Below, piece by piece: positions 1-10,394 of a DNA stretch of 64,000 nt. Source of the DNA: Frankiaceae bacterium (GTDB lineage: Bacteria; Actinomycetota; Actinomycetes; JAFAQI01); assembly GCA_025929365.1 (NCBI GenBank), contig JAICMG010000001.1, forward strand, positions 1,214-65,213, in the 5' to 3' direction. The notes below the pieces were generated by a model that saw only the letters and a list, made by a program, of their open reading frames with translations, searched no databases and was not told where the DNA came from. Numbering within the stretch: the stretch's first letter is position 1; each line of letters opens with the position of its first letter. Both the position numbers and the translations under genes were made by a program.

Positions 1-796
1 CCGTCGCGGACTTCATCGCGCGGCGTCGCGCCGCCTGCTCACTGGCCGCAGCGTCGAGCATCGCGGCATAGATCCGAGCGGTGAGGTACCGCGGCAGCAG
101 CGCGTCGAGCACGCCCGCGCCCTCCGGCTCGAACTCCATCAGCGCGCTCTGGCCCGCCTCCTCTTCCGAGTCGGTCTCCGGCACATCGGCCGGATCCAGT
201 GGCAGCAGGCGCGACACCGTCACGCGCTGCGTAGCCATCGACTCGAACTTGGTGAAGACCAGGTGAATCTCGTCGACCCCGCCGTCCGAGGAGCCCTTGA
301 CGAAGTTCTCGAGCAGGTCGTCGGCGACCGCCTTGGCGTCGTCGTACGACGGCTGCTCCGAGAAGCCGCTCCAGGAGTGCGAGACGTCGCGGCCACGGAA
401 CCGGTAGAAGCCGACCGCTTTGCGGCCGACCAGGAAGGGCATGACGGTCGAGCTGCCTTGTTCGCGCAGCCTCGCCGTCGTCTGCTCGCCGGCGCGCAGC
501 ACGTTGGCGCTGTAGCCGCCGGCCAGACCCCGGTCGCTCGTGATCAGCAGAAGCGCCGACGCGCCGACCGTCTCGCGCGGCGTCGTCAACGGGTGGTCCT
601 CAGAGACCACACCCGGCGCGGTCACCGTGCGGACCACGTCCGTGATGGCGTCGGCATACGGGCGCGATGCGGCGATCCGCTGCTGCGCCTTGACGATGCG
701 AGACGCCGCGATGAGCTCCATCGCGCGCGTGATCTTCTTCGTCGACTGCACCGATTTGATGCGGCGACGAGCCTCGCGGAGCTGAGCACCCATTAG
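1..796 (-). CDS. atpG: F0F1 ATP synthase gamma subunit, 3'-truncated by the window edge
   Basis: Reverse-complement translation from the ATG at 796 gives [51 protein letters not shown]..., a typical AtpG N-terminus. It lies immediately downstream of atpA on the minus strand. It is absent from the ORF track because no stop codon falls inside the window. Confidence 0.9.
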
Positions 797-851
797 TGCC
801 CCCCGCCAGGGGCGGCCGCGGAGTCAGGCGATGAGCCTCTGGTGGTGGGCA

Positions 852-2417
852 CTACTTGGTGCCCTCGCTCGGCGCCGTGGTCTCGAAGGTCTTCTTGAAC
901 TCCTCGATCGCGTTGGTCAGCTGGTCGACGATGTCGCCCTCGATCTTGGTGTCGGCGAGGATCGCGTCGTAGATGCCCTTGTGCTGGCGACCGACGAAGT
1001 CGAGGAACTCCTTCTCGAACCGCGAGATGTCGGCTACCGGGATGTCGTCGAGCGCACCCGACGTGCCGGCCCAGATCGACACGACCTGGCGCTCGACCGG
1101 GTACGGCGTGTACTGCGGCTGCTTGAGCAGCTCGACCAGCCGCGCGCCACGCTCGAGCTGGGCCTTGGACGCCTTGTCGAGGTCGGAGCCGAACGCCGAG
1201 AACGCCTCGAGCTCGCGGTACTGCGCGAGGTCCAGACGAAGCCGGCCGGCGACGCTCTTCATCGCCTTGGTCTGCGCGTTGCCGCCGACTCGGGAGACCG
1301 AGACACCGACGTTGATGGCGGGACGGACACCAGAGTTGAACAGGTCCGTCTCGAGGAAGATCTGGCCGTCGGTGATCGAGATGACGTTGGTCGGGATGTA
1401 CGCCGACACGTCGTTGCCCTTGGTCTCGATGATCGGCAAACCGGTCAGCGAGCCGCCGCCGAGGTCGTCGGAGAGCTTCGCGCAGCGCTCGAGAAGGCGG
1501 GAGTGCAGGTAGAAGACGTCGCCGGGGTAGGCCTCACGCCCGGCCGGACGGCGCAGCAGCAACGAGATGTTGCGGTACGCGTCGGCCTGCTTGGAAAGGT
1601 CGTCGAAGATGATCAGGGCGTGCTCGCCGTTGTACATCCAGTGCTGCGCGATCGCGGAGCCGGCGTATGGCGCAATGTACTTGAACGCCGCGGGGAACGA
1701 CGCGGGAGCCGCAACGATGGTCGTGTACTCCATCGCCCCGGCCTCTTCGAGCGAGGCCTTCACCTGTGCGACGGTCGAGCCCTTCTGACCGATCGCGACG
1801 TAGACGCACTTGACCTGCTTCTTCTTGTCGCCGGACTTCCAGTTGTCGCGCTGGTTGATGATCGCGTCGAGCGCGACGGCAGTCTTGCCGGTCTGCCGGT
1901 CGCCGATGATCAGCTGGCGCTGCCCGCGGCCGATGGCGGTCATGGCGTCGATCGCCTTGACGCCGGTCTGCAGGGGCTCCTTCACCGGCTGGCGGGCCAT
2001 GACGTTCGGTGCCTGCAGCTCGAGCTCGCGACGCTCGGTCGAGGCGATCTCACCCTTGCCGTCGAGCGGGCGGCCGAGCGGGTCGACCATGCGACCGAGG
2101 AAGCCGTCGCCCACCGGGATCGACAGCACGTTGCCGGTACGGCGGACCTGCTGACCCTCCTCGATGCCGTGCGACTCGCCGAGGATGACGCAACCGATCT
2201 CGCGGACGTCGAGGTTCAGCGCGATGCCGAGCAGGCCGCCTTCGAACTCCAGCAGCTCGTTGGTCATCGCGGAGTACAGACCCTCGACCCGGGCGATGCC
2301 GTCACCGGTGTCCGTCACGATGCCGACCTCGTCGCGCGACGCCTTCGGGTCGTAGGAGGCGACGAGGCCCTCGAGGGCCTCGCGGATCTCCTCTGGACGG
2401 ATGCTGAGCTCGGTCAC
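852..2417 (-). CDS. atpA: F0F1 ATP synthase alpha subunit
   Basis: 521 aa. Walker A GDRQTGKT is present. Full-length similarity to AtpA (…[42 protein letters not shown]…). Confidence 0.97.
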   Translation of the reverse strand: MTELSIRPEEIREALEGLVASYDPKASRDEVGIVTDTGDGIARVEGLYSAMTNELLEFEGGLLGIALNLDVREIGCVILGESHGIEEGQQVRRTGNVLSIPVGDGFLGRMVDPLGRPLDGKGEIASTERRELELQAPNVMARQPVKEPLQTGVKAIDAMTAIGRGQRQLIIGDRQTGKTAVALDAIINQRDNWKSGDKKKQVKCVYVAIGQKGSTVAQVKASLEEAGAMEYTTIVAAPASFPAAFKYIAPYAGSAIAQHWMYNGEHALIIFDDLSKQADAYRNISLLLRRPAGREAYPGDVFYLHSRLLERCAKLSDDLGGGSLTGLPIIETKGNDVSAYIPTNVISITDGQIFLETDLFNSGVRPAINVGVSVSRVGGNAQTKAMKSVAGRLRLDLAQYRELEAFSAFGSDLDKASKAQLERGARLVELLKQPQYTPYPVERQVVSIWAGTSGALDDIPVADISRFEKEFLDFVGRQHKGIYDAILADTKIEGDIVDQLTNAIEEFKKTFETTAPSEGTK

Positions 2418-2440
2418 AACTTGCTCCTCGTATCGATCAT

Positions 2441-3268
2441 TCAGGCGCGAGCCGGGCGGGCGCCCGACCGGCCGGTAAGAGTGCGGCGGGCTTCGTCGAG
2501 CTGGCGGGCGACGCTCGCGTCGATCAGCTCGTCGCCGACCCGGACGGTCAGGCCACCGATCAAGGACGCATCGACGATGACCTGCAGCTTCAGCTCGTGG
2601 CCGAACGTGCGACTCAGCGCGGCAGCGAGGTCGCGTTGCTCGTCGGCGGACAGCGAGGTGGCGCTCGTGACGTGAGCCACCAGGCGGTCCCGGCGCTGTG
2701 CGGCGAGAGCTGACAGGTCCCGCAGCGCCCGTTCGATCGTGCGGCCTCTCGGCTCGACCACCACGCGTTCGATCAGCTTGTAGGTGACGATGTTGACCTT
2801 GCCGTCGAGCAGGCCGTGCAACAGCTGCCGCTTGCCGTCCGCGGCGAGGTTGCGGTCCGTGAGCGCAGCGCGCAGTGTCGGCTCACCCTCGACGATGCGG
2901 CCGAACCGGAACAGCTCGTCCTCGACGGCATCGAGGTCGCCGGCGGTCTGCGCGGTGACGAGCGCCGCATCAACCGCGATCTCCTCGAGCGCGTCCACCA
3001 GGTCGCGAGTCTGCGACCAACGGGAGCGAACGGCCGTCCGCAGGATCTCGAGCGCTGTCGCGTCGAGCCGCGAGCCGAACAGCGCGTCCACCACGTGGGT
3101 CTTCGCGGCTCCACTTGAGGCCGGGTCAGCCACTGCGCGACGCAGGGAGGCCTGGCCGCCCAACATCGACACGACGGCGAACAGCTCATCGGAGAGTCGA
3201 GTGAGGTCGCCCGAGTCAGGGAGCTGCCTTCGCAGTCCGGCGAGTGAGTCGCGGCTGGCACCTTGCAT
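2441..3268 (-). CDS. atpH: F0F1 ATP synthase delta subunit (OSCP)
   Basis: 275 aa, located between atpF and atpA. C-terminal OSCP-like region (…[28 protein letters not shown]…). Confidence 0.85.
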   Translation of the reverse strand: MQGASRDSLAGLRRQLPDSGDLTRLSDELFAVVSMLGGQASLRRAVADPASSGAAKTHVVDALFGSRLDATALEILRTAVRSRWSQTRDLVDALEEIAVDAALVTAQTAGDLDAVEDELFRFGRIVEGEPTLRAALTDRNLAADGKRQLLHGLLDGKVNIVTYKLIERVVVEPRGRTIERALRDLSALAAQRRDRLVAHVTSATSLSADEQRDLAAALSRTFGHELKLQVIVDASLIGGLTVRVGDELIDASVARQLDEARRTLTGRSGARPARA

Positions 3269-3286
3269 TTCGCGCGTCTGCCTCTT

Positions 3287-3859
3287 CTAGCTCTGCTCGG
3301 CCAGCTCGCCGGCGCCGACGCCCGCGATGAAGTCCTCCACGAGCTTGCGCTGGCGCGCGTCCTCGCGAAGAGCGTCGTGGACGACACGCTCGGCGAGGGT
3401 CGTCGCGAGCTCGCCGATCTCCGCACGCAGCGCGAGGATCGTCTGCTGACGCTCCGTGGCGATTCGCTGCTCGGCGTTGGCGAGCATCTCCTCGACGCGG
3501 ACCTGGGCCTCGCTGCGCGCTTCCTCCACGATCTGCGCCCGCTCGGCCTGAGCCTGCTCGCGCAAGCGGGTCGCTTCGCGCTTGGTCTCGGCAAGGGCCT
3601 CGGCGTACTCGCGTTCCGCCTTCTCCAAGCGGGCCCTCGTCGCCTCAGCTTCTTCGAACTGCTTCTGGATCGCGGCCTGCCGCGCGTCGACCATCGCCGT
3701 GATCCGCGGGATGACCTTCTTGGCGAGGAAGACCACGACGAGTATGAAGACGATCCACTCGAACACGAAGGTCCCATTGGGGATCAGGAAGTTGTTCGTC
3801 TTGTCGCCGCTGGAGGAAGCCGCGGCGATGACGAGGGAGTGCGCAGACACGAGCAGCAC
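3287..3859 (-). CDS. atpF: F0F1 ATP synthase subunit b
   Basis: 190 aa with an N-terminal TM helix followed by a long charged coiled coil (…KQFEEAEATRARLEKAEREYAEALAETKREA…). Located between atpE and atpH. Confidence 0.88.
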   Translation of the reverse strand: MLLVSAHSLVIAAASSSGDKTNNFLIPNGTFVFEWIVFILVVVFLAKKVIPRITAMVDARQAAIQKQFEEAEATRARLEKAEREYAEALAETKREATRLREQAQAERAQIVEEARSEAQVRVEEMLANAEQRIATERQQTILALRAEIGELATTLAERVVHDALREDARQRKLVEDFIAGVGAGELAEQS

Positions 3860-4135
<276 letters not shown>

Positions 4136-4165
4136 TTAGATGGTCCGCGCCCGATCCCGAGCGCG

Positions 4166-4909
4166 TCAGTGCTCCTCGGCCACTGCGAAGCCGAAGTAGA
4201 GGATGGTCAGGAACGAGAAGATGAAGGCCTGGATAGGCGCGATCAGGCCGGAGTCGAAGATTCGCCAGCCGAAGTCGGCGAGACCGTAGAGCGGGAACAG
4301 GTAGAACGGCAGCAGCGCGATGACCCCGAGCATGATGCCGCCGGCGAAGATGTTGCCGAAGAGCCGCAGCGACAGCGAGAGCGGGTTCACGACCTGCTCG
4401 AGCACGAGGATCGGACGCCGGATCGCGGGCTTCGCGGTGAACCAGTCGCCCACGTAGCGGCCACCCTTCCGCGAGACACCGAGGTAGGTGTAGAGCACGA
4501 CGACCGTGAAGGCGAGCGCGTAGACCAGGTTGACGTCGGCGGTGGGGGGAGCAAGGCGCTCCGGGTGGTGCCCGGACGGGATCCAGCCGAGCCAGTTGCA
4601 GAAGAGGATGAAGAAGAACAGCGTCGCCCCGAACGGAACGAGCCACGCCGGGACGTCGTGCCCCACCGCCTCCTCGACGTAGTTGCGTGCCTGGGTCAGC
4701 ACCGTCTCGGTGATGATCTGCACCCGGCTCGGCACGCCGCTGGTCGCCTTGCGGGCGACGTACATGAGGAACGCGACCGTCACCACCGCAGCGAGCACGG
4801 TGGTGTACATGGTGTCGTAGTTGAAGCTGAGTCCGACGAAGTGGAACGTGGGGTGGTCACCGACGGAGATGTCCGCGGCAGGCAGCGGGGCGAGCGAAGG
4901 GGCGATCAC
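4166..4909 (-). CDS. atpB: F0F1 ATP synthase subunit a
   Basis: C-terminal 248 aa of the 371-aa ORF matches AtpB (…LSLSLRLFGNIFAGGIMLGVIALL…). The N-terminal 120 aa of the ORF are Arg/Pro-rich junk. Start placed at the GTG at 4909, where the sequence reads VIAPSLAPLPAADISVGDHPTFHF. Start position is uncertain. Confidence 0.85.
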   Translation of the reverse strand: MIAPSLAPLPAADISVGDHPTFHFVGLSFNYDTMYTTVLAAVVTVAFLMYVARKATSGVPSRVQIITETVLTQARNYVEEAVGHDVPAWLVPFGATLFFFILFCNWLGWIPSGHHPERLAPPTADVNLVYALAFTVVVLYTYLGVSRKGGRYVGDWFTAKPAIRRPILVLEQVVNPLSLSLRLFGNIFAGGIMLGVIALLPFYLFPLYGLADFGWRIFDSGLIAPIQAFIFSFLTILYFGFAVAEEH

Positions 4910-5334
4910 GGGGCCACCACCCGGCGCAGCGGGCGCAGGAGCAGCGACATCATCTCCAGCTGGAAGGCCACGAGGCCGACGAAGATCCCCCAGCCGTTCG
5001 TGCGCCACAGCGCGGCAACCAGAAAAGCGAGGACGGTGATGAGCCCGAGCCGGGCCAGCGAGGTCTTCATCACGGCGGTCTTCGGGCTCGGCGTCTCCGG
5101 GTTGAGCGCCTGCGTGTCCGTCCAGAGCTTGCGGGCGTTGTAGCCACCCATCGCCAGACCGATACAGATGAACAGCCCGACTGCGGGACGGCCGGCCACG
5201 AGACTCACGGCAATGGCGGCCACACCGAGGGCGGCAGCGAGGATCAACGCGTTTCGATACCCGCGCGCGACGGCGCTCCATTGAGCGTCGAGGGCCACCG
5301 TCTTCCTCTCACTGTTCGTCGGATCGGACTTCAT
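4906..5334 (-). CDS. small membrane protein of the atp operon (AtpI-like)
   Basis: 142 aa with 3-4 TM helices, directly upstream of atpB as in actinobacterial atp operons. Confidence 0.6.
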   Translation of the reverse strand: MKSDPTNSERKTVALDAQWSAVARGYRNALILAAALGVAAIAVSLVAGRPAVGLFICIGLAMGGYNARKLWTDTQALNPETPSPKTAVMKTSLARLGLITVLAFLVAALWRTNGWGIFVGLVAFQLEMMSLLLRPLRRVVAP

Positions 5335-5599
5335 CGTCAGGTCTGGCGGATTCAGTTGTGGTTGAGGCTGCGCTGATTCGAGCGGGGCTGGATCGGGTGA
5401 ATGGCCGGATCACCTGGTACGCACCGGCTGCGCCACCCAAGATACCAAGCGCCAATCCGAGCAATGCGAGGAGGGGTGAGGTCCCCCACGCACGGTCGGC
5501 GAGGACACCGAGGAACACGCCGAGGCCCACGGTAGTTCCGAACGTTGCACCGACGCCCAGCAGCGTCGCGAGGTTCATCGTCCGCGGGTTGTCGGGCAC
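5309..5599 (-). CDS. AtpZ-like small membrane protein (putative F0F1-ATPase accessory subunit)
   Basis: 96 aa with two Gly/Ala-rich TM helices. Position upstream of atpI/atpB is typical for the ATPase_gene1 family. Confidence 0.55.
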   Translation of the reverse strand: MPDNPRTMNLATLLGVGATFGTTVGLGVFLGVLADRAWGTSPLLALLGLALGILGGAAGAYQVIRPFTRSSPARISAASTTTESARPDDEVRSDEQ

Positions 5600-5605
5600 C
5601 TCCGG

Positions 5606-6730
5606 CTACGGATGCCCGCCGCTTTGCGGGCCCCTGGTGGCGGTCCGCAAGCGGGGGATGTTGCTCGCGACGAGCAGCACCGCGACGGCGGCGAGCACCA
5701 CCGCGGTCACGACGAGCGGGCGCCCGTGAGAGAGCCCGAGCGCGACGGTGCCGCCCGCGATGAGCGCCGACCACGTGTACATGATCAGGACGGCCCGGGC
5801 GTGGGAGTGCCCGAGCGTCAGTAACCGGTGATGCAGGTGTTGCTTGTCGGGCGCCCACGGCGCCTGCCCCGCACGGCTGCGGCGCACGATGGCGAGGATC
5901 AGGTCGAACAGCGGGATCGCCAGGAGCGCGAGCGGCAGCAGCAGCGGCAGCAGCGTGGGGACGAACTGGTAGTACCCGAGCGCGTTGGGGTCGAGCTGAC
6001 CGGTCAGGCTGACTGTAGCGGCGGCGAAGACCAGCCCCAGGAGCATCGAGCCGGAGTCGCCCATGAAGATCCGGGCCGGGTTGAAGTTGTGCGGCAGGAA
6101 CCCGATGCACGCGCCTGCAAGGACCGCCGAAAGCAGGGTCGGCGCCGCTGCGCGGTCGAAGTGGTGGACGACCGACAGCTCGTAGGAATAGGCGAAGAAG
6201 GACAGCGAGGAGATCGCGACGACGCCGGCCGCGAGACCGTCGAGACCGTCGATGAAGTTGATCGCGTTGATGGTGACCACGACGAACAGCACCGTGATCG
6301 GGACGCCGAGGTCCGGCGACAGCGACAGCGCGCCACCACCGGGCAGCGGCACGTAGAGCAGCTGAACGCCCTGCAACACCATGATCCCGGCCGCGACGAC
6401 CTGCCCCGCGAGCTTGGTCAGCGCATCGAGACCCCAGCGGTCGTCCGCCGCGCCCAGCAGGACGAGCACGCCCCCGCCGTACAGCACGCCCTGGACATCG
6501 CTGGAGGCGAAGACGCGCTGCAGCGTGGGAAGCCGGCTCGCCACCAACAGGCCGGCGCAGATGCCCGCGAACATGGCCACGCCGCCCATGCGCGGGGTGG
6601 GAATCGTGTGGACGTCTCGGTCGCGCACTTCGGCGAGCACGTGGAGCCGGACCGCGAGACGAAGCACGAAAGGTGTCAGGAGGTAAGTCACCGCTGCGAC
6701 CAGGACACCAGTGAGCACGTACTCACGCAC
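5606..6730 (-). CDS. wecA: UDP-GlcNAc:undecaprenyl-phosphate GlcNAc-1-phosphate transferase (glycosyltransferase family 4, MraY/WecA type)
   Basis: 374 aa polytopic membrane protein with the motifs NAINFIDGLDGLAAG and FMGDSGS. Sits at the same position as rfe/wecA (Rv1302) upstream of the atp operon. Confidence 0.9.
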   Translation of the reverse strand: MREYVLTGVLVAAVTYLLTPFVLRLAVRLHVLAEVRDRDVHTIPTPRMGGVAMFAGICAGLLVASRLPTLQRVFASSDVQGVLYGGGVLVLLGAADDRWGLDALTKLAGQVVAAGIMVLQGVQLLYVPLPGGGALSLSPDLGVPITVLFVVVTINAINFIDGLDGLAAGVVAISSLSFFAYSYELSVVHHFDRAAAPTLLSAVLAGACIGFLPHNFNPARIFMGDSGSMLLGLVFAAATVSLTGQLDPNALGYYQFVPTLLPLLLPLALLAIPLFDLILAIVRRSRAGQAPWAPDKQHLHHRLLTLGHSHARAVLIMYTWSALIAGGTVALGLSHGRPLVVTAVVLAAVAVLLVASNIPRLRTATRGPQSGGHP

Positions 6731-6821
6731 AGCGGATTGCCACCTCCTTCCGAATGAGGAGTGCGCTCACTTTACGACGCGTTCGCCGCACATTCGCCGC
6801 ATGGCAACCGCGCGTTTACCG

Positions 6822-7409
6822 CTAATCGGACAACAAGGCGAGCGGGACTCCGAGCGCCTTGTCGATCATGGCGGCCGCGCGCTCGTATCCGGACATCGGC
6901 CCCCCGAACGGATCGGGGACGTCGTCGTCGGACGGGTGGCGGGGCGGTGCGTATCCGCGGCGGGCGAACGCGGCGGCAGTGATGGCGCGAAAGCGCTCGA
7001 CGGGGTCCCCACCGGCAGGGGGCAGGTCGGCAGCTGTCACACCACCGAGGAGGCGGGCGTACTCACGCAGCGTCAGTGTGCGCGCCGACGCCCGCGGTAC
7101 CAGGGTCACCACCGCCCCGCGATGTTCGCGAGCGAGAGCGAGGATGAGGTCCGCCGCCTCGACCTGCTGCGCGTCGAGGCTGCGCGCGACAAACCCGTCG
7201 GAGGTGCCGCCGAGACGGTGCAGTGTCTCGCTCGCCTCGGGCATCATGCTCTCGCCGGCCAGGCCGTAGGTGCCGGCACTCGCGACCTCGATCCGCTTCG
7301 CCTCGGGGCCGAGACGGGCATCGAGCCGGGCCCGAAGCAGGCGCTCCGCGAACGGCGAGCGGCAGATGTTGCCGGTGCAGACGAAGAGGATCGCGTACGT
7401 GTCCGTCAC
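6822..7409 (-). CDS. low-molecular-weight protein-tyrosine phosphatase
   Basis: N-terminal ILFVCTGNICRSPFAE P-loop (CX5R-S) and a downstream DP motif. 195 aa. Confidence 0.85.
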   Translation of the reverse strand: MTDTYAILFVCTGNICRSPFAERLLRARLDARLGPEAKRIEVASAGTYGLAGESMMPEASETLHRLGGTSDGFVARSLDAQQVEAADLILALAREHRGAVVTLVPRASARTLTLREYARLLGGVTAADLPPAGGDPVERFRAITAAAFARRGYAPPRHPSDDDVPDPFGGPMSGYERAAAMIDKALGVPLALLSD

Positions 7410-8053
7410 GACTCGACCTCGAGATCAGGCACGACGTCGCGGAGCTTGTCGATGTCGAGGGCACCCGCTCGAAGCACGCGTGGGCGCTCACCCGTCACGT
7501 CGATGATCGTCGACGCCACCGAGCCGCCGCTTGATCCGCCGTCGAGGTAGACGGCGACCGCCGCGCCGAGCTGCAATCGGGCGTCCATCGCGGTGGTCGC
7601 GGCGTCATGACCGGTTCGATTCGCGCTCGACACGGCGAGGGGCCCCGTGCGGCTGATGAGGTCTTGCGCGAGCTCGTCAGCGGGCATCCGAACCGCAACC
7701 GTGCCGCGGCTGTCGCCCAGGTCCCAGACGAGATGGGCGGTGTGGCGGACGACCAGTGTCAATGCGCCTGGCCAGAACACCTGCGTCAAGGCCGCAGCGG
7801 TGTCGGGCATCTTGTCGACAAGCGCGTCGAGCATCGCGGGCGAGGACACGAGCACCGGGACGGGCATCGACCGATCGCGGCCCTTCGCGGCAAGCAGAGC
7901 CTCGACGGCGGCGGGAAGGAACGCATCCGCACCCACGCCGTAGACGGTGTCGGTCGGCAGCACGACGAGCTCGCCACTGCGGACCGCCGCCGCGGCTTCT
8001 TCGAGTGCGACCTCTCGCTCGTCAGGCTTCGTGCAGTCGAACACCCTGCTCAT
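7406..8053 (-). CDS. tsaC: L-threonylcarbamoyladenylate synthase (Sua5/YciO/YrdC/YwlC family)
   Basis: From the internal ATG at 8053 the sequence reads MSRVFDCTKPDEREVALEEAAAAVRSGELVVLPTDTVYGVGADAF, a YrdC signature. The ATG at 8125 would overlap prmC by 58 nt, so the internal start is preferred. Confidence 0.85.
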   Translation of the reverse strand: MSRVFDCTKPDEREVALEEAAAAVRSGELVVLPTDTVYGVGADAFLPAAVEALLAAKGRDRSMPVPVLVSSPAMLDALVDKMPDTAAALTQVFWPGALTLVVRHTAHLVWDLGDSRGTVAVRMPADELAQDLISRTGPLAVSSANRTGHDAATTAMDARLQLGAAVAVYLDGGSSGGSVASTIIDVTGERPRVLRAGALDIDKLRDVVPDLEVES

Positions 8054-8066
8054 GACAACCCCGTGC

Positions 8067-8867
8067 TCATGACGGCCTCGTCCCAGTAGTGAAGCGCGGC
8101 CGGCCGGTGAGATCCAGGTGGTCACTCACCGCGACGAGCCCGGCGGCGGCAAACACCTCAGGCGCGGACTCACCCTGCCGGTCCGAGTGTTCGACGACGA
8201 GGACTCCACCGGGGCGGAGCAGCACCGTCGCTCGCTGCACCACACGGCGGATCACGTCGAGCCCGTCCTCCCCCGCCCACAACGCGACGCCAGGGTCGTG
8301 GTCCTTGACCTCGGCGTCGACGAGATCGCGCTCGTGCAGCGCGACGTACGGCGGGTTGGAAACGACGACGTCGACCTGACCGTCGACGTCGGTCGGGGCG
8401 GCCTCGAGATCGGCATGGTGGACTCGCACGCGCTCCTGGGCGTCGTCACGCAATGCTCCGAGGTTGCGGCGCAGCCACTCGACCGCGGTCTCTGATACTT
8501 CGACGACGTCCACCCGGGCGCTCGGGTGTTCGTGGGCCACCGACAAGCCGATCGCGCCGCTGCCCGCGCACAGATCGACGACGCGCGGCTGCGGGTGGTC
8601 CGGGATGGCCGCAAGCACGGCCTCGACGACAACCTCCGTCTCCGGTCTCGGCACGAAGACGCCTGGACCGACTGCCAGATCGAGATATCGGAAGCCGGCC
8701 GAGCCCACGAGGTGCTGCAGCGGCACTCGTGACTCCCGCGCGGCGACCAGCGCCTCCGGATCGGCGCCCGTGGCCTCGGCGTGACGCAACAACAGTCGCG
8801 CGTCGTTCTCGGGACTGGCCACTCCCGCGGCGGCAAGACGCCGCGCCGCCTCCCGGATGGTGATCAT
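8067..8867 (-). CDS. prmC: release-factor glutamine N5-methyltransferase
   Basis: 266 aa with SAM motif [12 protein letters not shown] and catalytic NPPY. Overlaps the prfA stop by 4 nt (translational coupling). Confidence 0.92.
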   Translation of the reverse strand: MITIREAARRLAAAGVASPENDARLLLRHAEATGADPEALVAARESRVPLQHLVGSAGFRYLDLAVGPGVFVPRPETEVVVEAVLAAIPDHPQPRVVDLCAGSGAIGLSVAHEHPSARVDVVEVSETAVEWLRRNLGALRDDAQERVRVHHADLEAAPTDVDGQVDVVVSNPPYVALHERDLVDAEVKDHDPGVALWAGEDGLDVIRRVVQRATVLLRPGGVLVVEHSDRQGESAPEVFAAAGLVAVSDHLDLTGRPRFTTGTRPS

Positions 8868-9925
8868 TCGCTCCCGCTGAGGGCGGCCGCCGTGTCTGCG
8901 TCAGCCAGCGCCTGGATGACCGCGTCGAGATCACCGTCGAGCACCTGGTCGAGGTTGTAGGCCTTGAACCCGACCCGGTGGTCGCTGATCCGGTTCTCCG
9001 GGAAGTTGTACGTGCGGACGCGCTCGCTTCGGTCGACGGTACGCACCTGGCTGCGGCGGGCCTCCGAGGCCTCAGCGTCAGCGGCTTCTTGCGCGGCCTG
9101 CAGCATGCGCGCGCGAAGGATGCGCATTGCGCTCTCCTTGTTCTGCAGCTGCGACTTCTCGTTCTGGCAGGACACGACGATGCCGGTCGGGACGTGGGTG
9201 ATCCGCACGGCGGAGTCGGTGGTGTTGACGCTCTGACCGCCCGGCCCCGACGAGCGGTACACGTCGATGCGCAGGTCGTTGGGATCGATCTCGACCTCGA
9301 CCTCTTCGGCCTCCGGCATCACGAGGACACCGGCCGCACTGGTGTGGATCCGGCCCTGCGACTCCGTGACCGGCACTCGTTGCACGCGGTGCACGCCGCC
9401 CTCGTACTTCAACCTGCTCCACGGCATCGGCTCGTTGCGGCCCCGCACCGCAAGCGTGGCTTCCTTCACGCCGCCCTTGAGATCGCTCTCGGTCTCGGCG
9501 AGCAGCTCGACCTTCCAGCCCTGGCGCTCGGCGTAGCGCTGATACATCCGCAGCAGGTCGCCGGCGAACAGCGCCGACTCCTCACCGCCCTCGCCGGCTT
9601 TGACCTCGAGGATCACGTCCTTGTCGTCGTTGGGGTCGCGCGAGATCAGCAACACGCGCAGCTCGTCGGTCAGGCGGGCAAGCGCGACCTCGAGATCAGG
9701 GACCTCGGCACGAAACGACGCGTCTTCGTCGCCGAGCTCCTTGGCGGCGGCAAGATCATCACCGGTTCGCTTCCACTCGGCGTACTTCGCGACGACCGGA
9801 CCGAGCTCGGCGTAACGCCGGCCGACCGTGCGCGCTCGGCCCGTGTCGGAGTGGATGTCCGGATCGGCGAGCTGCTTCTCGAGATCCGCGTGCTCCGCAA
9901 CCAGGTCCTCAACCTGTTCGAACAC
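8864..9925 (-). CDS. prfA: peptide chain release factor 1
   Basis: 353 aa with GGQ motif ([20 protein letters not shown]) and PxT-type decoding region. Confidence 0.96.
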   Translation of the reverse strand: MFEQVEDLVAEHADLEKQLADPDIHSDTGRARTVGRRYAELGPVVAKYAEWKRTGDDLAAAKELGDEDASFRAEVPDLEVALARLTDELRVLLISRDPNDDKDVILEVKAGEGGEESALFAGDLLRMYQRYAERQGWKVELLAETESDLKGGVKEATLAVRGRNEPMPWSRLKYEGGVHRVQRVPVTESQGRIHTSAAGVLVMPEAEEVEVEIDPNDLRIDVYRSSGPGGQSVNTTDSAVRITHVPTGIVVSCQNEKSQLQNKESAMRILRARMLQAAQEAADAEASEARRSQVRTVDRSERVRTYNFPENRISDHRVGFKAYNLDQVLDGDLDAVIQALADADTAAALSGSE

Positions 9926-10078
9926 GCAAACACCCTCTCAAACCGAACCACAGAGAACGAACGAGAGCGAGTGATCAGATTCGCGCTCGCGAGGCCGCAG
10001 GGAGCGCCGCGGGCTAAGCCCGCAAGCGACCGAGAACGAAGCGAGGGCGGATCTGAGCCTCGCTATCGGCGAGCAGCG

Positions 10079-10303
10079 CTATGGCTTCTTGGCATAGCGC
10101 TGCTCGAACCTGGCGACGCGGCCGCCTGTGTCGAGGATCTTCTGCTTGCCCGTGTAGAAGGGGTGGCAGGCCGAGCACACGTCGGCGTGGATCACACCGT
10201 TCTTCGCCGTGCTCCGGGTGGTGAAGGTGTTGCCACACGTGCACGAGACGGTCGTCTCGACGTACTCGGGGTGGATGTCGGGCTTCACGTCGTCGCTCCT
10301 CAT
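10079..10303 (-). CDS. rpmE: 50S ribosomal protein L31
   Basis: From the internal ATG at 10303 the sequence reads [57 protein letters not shown], an L31 with a CxxC…CxxC zinc ribbon. The upstream 23 aa of the ORF is not L31-like. Confidence 0.92.
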   Translation of the reverse strand: MRSDDVKPDIHPEYVETTVSCTCGNTFTTRSTAKNGVIHADVCSACHPFYTGKQKILDTGGRVARFEQRYAKKP

Positions 10304-10394
10304 CGATTGGTCGCCGGGTCCCCGGGCGGGGTGAACCGGTACCTGTAGCTCCAGTGTGCCTGAACCAGGCAAGCGGCCGGGTTTGTTCCCGGGT

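Noticed and set aside
831-2675. 614-aa ORF on the plus strand
   Set aside because: It is antisense to atpA, has Arg/Leu/Asp-rich composition with no domain, and is a typical stop-free antisense frame in 70% GC DNA.
2773-3777. 334-aa Ser/Arg-rich minus-strand ORF spanning atpH/atpF
   Set aside because: It is out of frame with the genuine atpH and atpF genes it overlaps. Low-complexity SR-rich translation.
5828-6757. 309-aa plus-strand ORF
   Set aside because: It is antisense to wecA. Arg/Asp/Glu-rich junk.
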